Source: an uncultured delta proteobacterium (GTDB lineage Bacteria; Myxococcota_A; UBA9160; UBA4427). Taken from it: 64,000 nucleotides of DNA. How positions within the stretch are numbered: the first letter of the stretch is position 1; each line of letters opens with the position of its first letter. The translations under genes were made by a program, and so were the position numbers. Positions 57,841 to 64,000 of this stretch are shown here, piece by piece. The DNA lies in the NCBI GenBank assembly GCA_963822965.1, contig CAWGJT010000010.1:832001-896000 (forward strand), read 5' to 3'. Below the pieces are notes generated by a model, which did not search any database, was not told the origin of the DNA, and saw nothing but the letters and a program-made list of their open reading frames with translations.

Positions 57841-60651
57841 CTAGGGTGCGGGCGCCGTCGAGGCCCCGGCGCCGGCGGGGATCGTCTTGTCGGGCCACCA
57901 CGACTCCGGAAGCAGGCTCAGCAGCGCGGGCACCAGCAGCACGGCGCCGAGGGCGTTCACGGTCATCAGGATCGAGAGCAGCAGGCTCATCTCCGCCGAG
58001 AAGCGCAGGCTCGAGATCGGAATCCAGAAGATGATGCCCGCGATGAGGGTCGACGCGGTGAACGCGATCGCCAGGCCGGTGGTCCGGATGGCGCGCGCGA
58101 TGGCTTCCAGCCGGGCGAGACCGCTCGCGCGCTCCTGGAAGATGCGGTCGACGATGTAGATCGCGTAGTCGACCCCGATGCCCACGCCGATCGCCTGCAC
58201 CGGCAGGGTGTTCACGTTGACGCCGATCCCGAAGAGCGTCTGCACGGCCAGGGCCGCCAGGGCGGCCGTCCCCAGGGAGACGATGAGCAGCGCGCCCACC
58301 AGCAGGGATCGGTAGCTCAGGGTCACGATGACGAAGGTGGCCAGGAAAACGACCGCGAGGCCCACGCTGTGGCTGGCCTCGATCTCCTCGTTCGCCGCCG
58401 CGAGGATCCCGATGCTGCCCGCGGCCAGGCGCAGCTCGACGCCGTCGCGCAGCCACGTGCCGCTGGGTCTCGGCGAGAGCTCGTCGTCTCGTGACGGGCG
58501 CACCCACAGCTCGTAGGCGCCGAAGGGGCCGCGATGGCGGAGCTCGGCGAGGAGGCCCGTCTCGGGCTCCTCGAAGCGCGCGAGCACCTGCCCGTGCTCC
58601 CACGAGACGCCGGCCAGGCGGGTGACGGGAAGCGTGCCGTCCGGCTTGGTCACGACGAGTGCGGGCTCGGCGGCGGGCAGCAGCAGGGCGAGGGACGGAA
58701 ACGCCCGCCGCCAGCCGTGAGGGGCCGGCGCTTCGAGGCGGATGGCCAGGCTCCCGTCCAGGTGCTCGTCGGCGACGAAGCGACGCAGCCGAGCGTTGGC
58801 CTCGCGCACCGTGTCGGCCTGGTGGTCCCGGTAGAAGACCCGGACCGAGAGCGAGTGGCCGTCGCGCGAGCGGTAGGCGTCCAGGATGCCCGGCGACGGG
58901 ATGGCCGTCTCGAGGAAGAAGAGGAAGCCCGAGGTCTCGGCGGTGTCCTGGGGCCACATCGCCCAGCGCGGGTCGTTGTTGTGGAAGGTCCGAACGGTCT
59001 GCTTGAACAGATCCACGAAGGAAATGCTGCCTCCGGCCTTGGGGTCGGTCTCGAGCACCCGCTGGAGGCTCTCGACCCACTTGAGGGCGTCGGGGGCGTA
59101 GACCCGGCCCGGCACCTCGGCGTGGGCGACCACGAGCAGATCGTCGAGCCCGAAGAAGCGCTTCCCGATCTCCCGGGCCGCCACGTTGAACTCGGCGTCG
59201 GGGTAGAGGATGGGGCTGCCGGGTCGGTTCTCGCCGACGGGCAGGTCGCGTGCCAGGCCGAAGCACACCAGCGCGCCCACCCCGAAGACGCCGACGACGA
59301 CCGCCGCGCCGGCACGGCTGCCCACCAGCCCGGCCGCCAGGGAGAGTACGCTCGCTACCGGCTTCGGCACGTAGTGCTGTCGGCTGCGGGGCGCCGGCAG
59401 GTACAGGATGAGGAGGCGGTTCAGCAGCATCTCGGTGACGCCGATGGACGCCGCCCAGAACGCGCACAAGACGCCCAGCTCCTGGACCAGGGGGATCGCG
59501 GCCAGCGAAATCGTCAGCAGACCGACGCAATCGGTGAGGATCGCCATGGTGCCGGGCAGCAGCAGCTCGCTCATCGACAGGATGCAGGCTTCCTGCTTGT
59601 CGCCCAGCAGCTCGTACTCTTCGTAGAAGCGCTCGACGAACTGCACCGAGTGGCTGATCGCCCGGGCGGTGATCAGCATGGGGACCACCAGCACCAGGGG
59701 GTCGAGGTTGAAGCCCATCCAGGCGGCGAAGCCCAGGCCCCACACGACGTTCACGGCGGCGCCGGATAGCGGCAGGAAGACGCCGTAGAAGTGCCGGAAG
59801 TAGGCCCATAGCAGCACCATCGAAACCAGCACGGTGAAGAAGAAGACCAGCAGGATCTCGGTGGAGAACGCGTAGGCCCAGCCGAACAGCATCGGCTGGC
59901 CGGTGACGTAGACGTCGACCGGGTAGCGGGCTTCGACGTCGCGCACCAGCTGCTGTACGTGCTTGAAGAGCGCCGCGTAGTCGATCCGGGCCTCGAGGAA
60001 GCTCACGCGTACGAGGGACGCGCGCTCGTCCGTCGACACGACGACGCCGTAGACCGAGGGATTCCGCTGCACCCGCTCCTGCAGGTCGCGCCATTCCTCG
60101 GGCCGGGTCGGAATCTCCACCAGCAGCTGGGGCGATTCGAGGGTGCCGTCGACGCGCACGCGCTGGTCCCGAACGCTGCGGTGGGTGAGGCTGGAGGTCA
60201 GGTTGTGCTCGACCCCTGTATCCGCCGGGACGGCGTCTCCCCGGCGGAAGATCGACTCGGCGACGCCCACCATGGCGTGGACGGCCCGGGCCACCGCGCC
60301 GTGGGGCGTGATGTAGTCGCTGGCGGGGCGGGCGTTGACCTCCGGCGGAACGACCGACGAGTCGAGCCCTTCGGTCAGGACGGCGATGGCCTCGATGACC
60401 TCGGGCTGGTAGATGTCGCCCTCGCGGGCGACGACGGCGGCGACGACCGTGTTCGCCGTGCCGTAGACGTCCCGGTACTCCTCGTAGGTCTGGATGTACG
60501 GATGGCTGCGGGGCAGCAGGTCGAGGAACTCGGTGAAGATCTCGAGCTTCCGCATCTGCCAGGCGAAGAAGAGGGTGGCGAGCGCGATGACGATCGCGAA
60601 GCCGTGACGGTGCCGGGCGAAGAAACGCGAGAATCGTTCGGCGGTGCTCAT
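57841..60651 (-). CDS. RND/MMPL family transporter
   Basis: Two TM-loop-TM repeats; ARAISHSVQF; GIGVDYAIY. Confidence 0.9.
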   Translation of the reverse strand: MSTAERFSRFFARHRHGFAIVIALATLFFAWQMRKLEIFTEFLDLLPRSHPYIQTYEEYRDVYGTANTVVAAVVAREGDIYQPEVIEAIAVLTEGLDSSVVPPEVNARPASDYITPHGAVARAVHAMVGVAESIFRRGDAVPADTGVEHNLTSSLTHRSVRDQRVRVDGTLESPQLLVEIPTRPEEWRDLQERVQRNPSVYGVVVSTDERASLVRVSFLEARIDYAALFKHVQQLVRDVEARYPVDVYVTGQPMLFGWAYAFSTEILLVFFFTVLVSMVLLWAYFRHFYGVFLPLSGAAVNVVWGLGFAAWMGFNLDPLVLVVPMLITARAISHSVQFVERFYEEYELLGDKQEACILSMSELLLPGTMAILTDCVGLLTISLAAIPLVQELGVLCAFWAASIGVTEMLLNRLLILYLPAPRSRQHYVPKPVASVLSLAAGLVGSRAGAAVVVGVFGVGALVCFGLARDLPVGENRPGSPILYPDAEFNVAAREIGKRFFGLDDLLVVAHAEVPGRVYAPDALKWVESLQRVLETDPKAGGSISFVDLFKQTVRTFHNNDPRWAMWPQDTAETSGFLFFLETAIPSPGILDAYRSRDGHSLSVRVFYRDHQADTVREANARLRRFVADEHLDGSLAIRLEAPAPHGWRRAFPSLALLLPAAEPALVVTKPDGTLPVTRLAGVSWEHGQVLARFEEPETGLLAELRHRGPFGAYELWVRPSRDDELSPRPSGTWLRDGVELRLAAGSIGILAAANEEIEASHSVGLAVVFLATFVIVTLSYRSLLVGALLIVSLGTAALAALAVQTLFGIGVNVNTLPVQAIGVGIGVDYAIYIVDRIFQERASGLARLEAIARAIRTTGLAIAFTASTLIAGIIFWIPISSLRFSAEMSLLLSILMTVNALGAVLLVPALLSLLPESWWPDKTIPAGAGASTAPAP

Positions 60652-62171
60652 GGAGCCCCCGGTCCGCGCAGGACCTCGAAGCGTTCGCCGCCTTCGCGAA
60701 GCGCCACGATCAGGCCGCGGGGGCCCACCAGGTAGCCGTTCTCGGGGTCGGCCATGGCGACGTCATAGAACGGCAGCCGCAGGCCGGGCACGGAGCGTTG
60801 GGTGAAGGTGCGGCCGGCGTCGTTCGAGACGGCCACCACACCGCGCTCGCCGGCCACGACCACGCGCTGGCCGGCGCCGCCCACGCCGTAGAGATCCGCG
60901 TCGAGATCGGTAGCGACGGGCGCCCAGGTGGCGCCCCCGTCCTCGCTTCGCATCACCGTGCCCGAGAGGCCGACCGCGATGCCGACCCGGCCGCTGTCGT
61001 CGAACCAGAGGTCGAAGAGGTAGATGTCATCGGGAACCCCGGACAGGGTTCCACGCCGGCCGGGCAGGTGGCCCCCGGGCAGGCGTTCGAGGGTGCCGAA
61101 CTCGCCCACCAGCGCACGATCGGGCCCGGCCGGCACGATCCGTCCGAGAATGATGTCCTCGTCCCGCGGCACGCAGCGCCAGCGTCCGGCCGCCGCGTCG
61201 CGCACCAGCTGCAGACCGAAGTCGCCCACCACGAGCGCCTCGCCGGGGCCGCCCGCCGAGACACCGAAGAGGTGGCGGTCGAAGGGGGTCGGCCGGCGCT
61301 CGAAGCGCTCGCCCCCGTCGGTCGAGTAGAGCACCGTTCCGTTGCGGCCCACGGCCCAGAGCTCCTGGCCCGGCCCGAAGGCCGCCGCGTAGAGCGGCTC
61401 GTCGGTGCCCGTGGCGGGGATGCGGAACGTGGCGCCGGCGTCCTCCGAGAGGACGATGGTGCCGAAGTACCCGGTCGCGATCACCCGGGGACCCCGGGCG
61501 ACCACGGTATAGAGATCTGCGCGCTCGTGCAGCCCGTAGCGGTCGGCCATGGTGCCGTCGGTGTGGCTCAGCAGGTCGGCGCCCCGGTCGGGTCGGGTGC
61601 GCTCGGCGATCTCGTGCACGAGGGCGTCGTCCCCCGCGGCCGCCGCGCCGCAGCGCATCTTCTCCGACAGCAGGTCCTGGGCCAGGATCGAGTACGGGTT
61701 CGCCAGGTCTTCCATCACGTCGAAGAGGACGCCCGCGACGCCGCGGACCGCCGCCGGGCTGCCGCTCGAAGACGCCGCCCCCGCGATGTCCTGGGTGATG
61801 TTGCGCCCCAGCGCTCCGAGCGTCCCGGTCTGCTTCGAGAGCCCCAGGATGACCAGGCGCACGGCCGCCTCGGCGTCGGGCGTGATCTCGCCGGCGGCCA
61901 GCTGGTCGAGGAGTGTCTGGAGCACCGCGGAGTCGACGCCGGCAACCACGCGTCCGCCGGGGCGGGGGCCGTACTGGATCAGCCCCGGATAGGCGCGCTC
62001 GACGGCCTCCGACTCGCCGGGCAGGATGCCGGCCGACGGATCCGGGCTCTGGGCCCGGGCGGCGTCCGGCCCGAAGGCGAGGAGCTGGAGCAGCAGGGAG
62101 AGAACGAGCAGCAGCCCCCGCCCGAGCGGGACCCGTGCCAGGATCCCTGCTGCGGGGTGCGGCCTGCACAT
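60648..62171 (-). CDS. YCF48-related beta-propeller (BNR repeat) protein with N-terminal extension
   Basis: SEDAGATF, STDGGERF, SEDGGATW, SNDAGRTF Asp-boxes; signal peptide; overlaps RND start. Confidence 0.85.
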   Translation of the reverse strand: MCRPHPAAGILARVPLGRGLLLVLSLLLQLLAFGPDAARAQSPDPSAGILPGESEAVERAYPGLIQYGPRPGGRVVAGVDSAVLQTLLDQLAAGEITPDAEAAVRLVILGLSKQTGTLGALGRNITQDIAGAASSSGSPAAVRGVAGVLFDVMEDLANPYSILAQDLLSEKMRCGAAAAGDDALVHEIAERTRPDRGADLLSHTDGTMADRYGLHERADLYTVVARGPRVIATGYFGTIVLSEDAGATFRIPATGTDEPLYAAAFGPGQELWAVGRNGTVLYSTDGGERFERRPTPFDRHLFGVSAGGPGEALVVGDFGLQLVRDAAAGRWRCVPRDEDIILGRIVPAGPDRALVGEFGTLERLPGGHLPGRRGTLSGVPDDIYLFDLWFDDSGRVGIAVGLSGTVMRSEDGGATWAPVATDLDADLYGVGGAGQRVVVAGERGVVAVSNDAGRTFTQRSVPGLRLPFYDVAMADPENGYLVGPRGLIVALREGGERFEVLRGPGAP

Positions 62172-62265
62172 ACCCGGCCGACGCTAGCTCGGCGCCGAGG
62201 GGCGGGCGAGTCGGGGGTAGACTGCAGCCGGACGACGCGACGAGCCACCCTGGAGGGCACCCGAC

Positions 62266-62652
62266 ATGATCTCGATCGACGACCGCATGGCCATTCTCGA
62301 TCTCTGCGCGGCCTACAACTACTACATCGACACCGGGGAGTCGGAGAAGTGGGCGGACACGTTCACCGCGGACGGTCTCTTCGAAGGCACGGTGGGCAAG
62401 GCGCAGGGCCGCGCCGCGCTCGTGGCGTTCAGCGACGGCTTCGGCCGGGACTACCCCGGCTCGATGCACTTCACCGACAACCACCTCTTCGAGCCCGACG
62501 GCGACGTCATGCGGCACAAGTGCTTCCTGAGCTTCCAGGTGCCGGCCGACGGGGGCACGAACGTGGTGCTCGCCGGCTACGACGACGAGCTCGTGCGCGT
62601 CGACGGCGCCTGGCGGTTCCGCTCGCGACGGGTCGGCGCGCTGCGCAAGTGA
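62266..62652 (+). CDS. SnoaL-like / NTF2 family protein
   Basis: DRMAILDL..Y..YID, FTADG, YDDELVRVDGAWRFRSR. Confidence 0.88.
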   Translation: MISIDDRMAILDLCAAYNYYIDTGESEKWADTFTADGLFEGTVGKAQGRAALVAFSDGFGRDYPGSMHFTDNHLFEPDGDVMRHKCFLSFQVPADGGTNVVLAGYDDELVRVDGAWRFRSRRVGALRK

Positions 62653-62898
62653 AGAGCCGAGAGCCGGCGGGCATGGCCAGGCGCGACGCCGCATCCGGAG
62701 AGCGCAAGCGCGGGAGACCGCTGTCTGCGGATGCTGCGAACGGCTGGAGCGGGGGGGCTCGATCTCGATGCGGTCCGTAGCGCGTTCGCGACTGCGAGAG
62801 TACGGACCGAACGACGGCCTCACGCTCGTGACGGATCCCGTCCTGCCGGGCACACGCACGATCGTGGTGCCGCGTGCGTTCGTCGTGCGGGGGGCTGC

Positions 62899-62963
62899 TT
62901 GACAGTGAAATGGCAGTTCGGTAGATCTTTCGCGCATTCTAATGTTTTAGAATCTGGATTCTA
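62899..62963 (+). promoter_or_regulatory. Promoter/operator region of the TetR gene with two interlocked inverted repeats
   Basis: TTGACA at 62899; ATTCTAA-N4-TTAGAAT (62936-62953) and TAGAATC-N2-GATTCTA (62948-62963). Confidence 0.65.
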
Positions 62964-63634
62964 TGACACGCGCCGGCCGACCCGACCGCAGAAAAGAGAG
63001 CGGAAGCCACGAGACGCCCCTCCAGCGGCGCGTGAGGGAGGAGCGCGAGACCGTCTATCGGCAGGCGATCAGCGAGGCAGCCGAGCGGATCTTCGCGGAG
63101 AAAGGGACGGAGGGGTCCCGCATGAACGAGATCGCGGCGGAGGCCGGGATCTCCCTGGGCACCCTCTATGGCGTCATCGACGGAAAGGCGTCCCTCCTTC
63201 TCGGGATCCACAAGAGAAGGATGCAGGAGTTCATGGACTGCATTCGCGATGCGAGTGCCGCACACGAAGGGACGCTCGCAAGGCACCTCGCGGTCGTGCG
63301 CCTTGGCGCACAGTACTTCCTCGATCGCCCCGACTTCCTGCGCATGTGTTGCCAAGCGGGCTTCGGCTGGGCATCCCGCTTCCCGGTCCCCGGCCCTGCG
63401 GCGGACCTCTGGGACGAGGGCGCTTCGGTCCCCCGAGAGCTCTTCGCCCGCGGAGTCGCTGAAGGAATCTACGTCGACGAGGACCCCGACCTGCTGGTCC
63501 GCAAGATGCTTGCCCTCAAGCAGGTGGAGCTCACCCACTGGCTCGATCACGGGATGACGATCCCGCACGAAGAGCTTCTCGACCGCCTCGAGAGTCAGTT
63601 CGTCCGCGCGTTCTGCGTTCCCGGCCCAGGGTAG
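62963..63634 (+). CDS. TetR/AcrR family transcriptional regulator
   Basis: AISEAAERIFAEKG...MNEIAAEAGISLGTLY HTH. Confidence 0.9.
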   Translation: MTRAGRPDRRKESGSHETPLQRRVREERETVYRQAISEAAERIFAEKGTEGSRMNEIAAEAGISLGTLYGVIDGKASLLLGIHKRRMQEFMDCIRDASAAHEGTLARHLAVVRLGAQYFLDRPDFLRMCCQAGFGWASRFPVPGPAADLWDEGASVPRELFARGVAEGIYVDEDPDLLVRKMLALKQVELTHWLDHGMTIPHEELLDRLESQFVRAFCVPGPG

Positions 63635-63671
63635 GGCCGGAGCACCCGGTCGCCCTCCTGGAGCCGTCGAA

Positions 63672-64000
63672 ATGTCCAACAGCAATCCCGAGATCCCCGC
63701 GCGAAAGGTCTTTCTCTCGCGGAAGACCTCTTTCCCGATCTTCAGCCGCGACGTAGGAGACAGCTGGCTGCAGCTTCTGAACCTGGCATTGCGCATTGGC
63801 AGCGACAAGCAGACCGACGCCGGGCCCGTGGCCGAAGCGCTGAATGCGATGGTGACGATCGGGCTCCCGGTAATCGCCGAAGACCTCGAGGTCGAGGTCA
63901 CACCGCCCGAGGACTTCCCTGCGTGCCTCGTGTTCGACCGCGACGACTTCGAGCGTCACTACGAGCGGCTGCAGGCCCCCTCGTTGGATCGTCTTCGGAA
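63672..64000 (+). CDS. Partial CDS running off the window, possibly thymidylate-synthase-like N-terminus
   Basis: Open frame from ATG 63672: MSNSNPEIPARK...DVGDSWLQLLNLALRIG...EALNAMVTI; family assignment from remembered pattern only. Confidence 0.45.
   Translation, partial: MSNSNPEIPARKVFLSRKTSFPIFSRDVGDSWLQLLNLALRIGSDKQTDAGPVAEALNAMVTIGLPVIAEDLEVEVTPPEDFPACLVFDRDDFERHYERLQAPSLDRLR

Overview
Very GC-rich bacterial chromosomal segment from a diderm (FadL-type beta-barrel, Lpp/OprI-like lipoprotein, LemA, MltF-like, RND). Gene content suggests an uncultured Myxococcota/deltaproteobacterium-like organism (inference only). About 45 genuine CDSs; most very long ORFs in the track are antisense or off-frame shadows. 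Contents: metal ABC transporter end (permease with three 1-nt frameshifts and a fused lipoprotein-like domain), GST-like, sulfatase-like, pckG, many lipid/aromatic catabolic enzymes (including a FAD-monooxygenase/TetR/FAH/THT-oxygenase-like cluster), DUF2868/DUF3482 GTPase pair, NTase-like/TPM/LemA trio, nifJ plus DHOD-like behind a sigma54-type promoter, and YCF48/RND. Main highlights: (1) a 4.1-kb integrase-less patchwork insert flanked by 275-bp direct repeats (6 mismatches) that leaves both flanking genes intact; (2) an envelope module with a Braun-lipoprotein-like protein ending in Lys, plus two L,D-transpeptidase-family genes overlapping head-to-head and a 12-bp palindrome array upstream of the lipoprotein gene; (3) two large secreted proteins with IPTL-CTERM-like tails, one with an unrecognised tandem ~155-aa Cys-bracketed domain; (4) several gene-truncation scars. 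No tRNA, rRNA, CRISPR, integrase or transposase was recognised.
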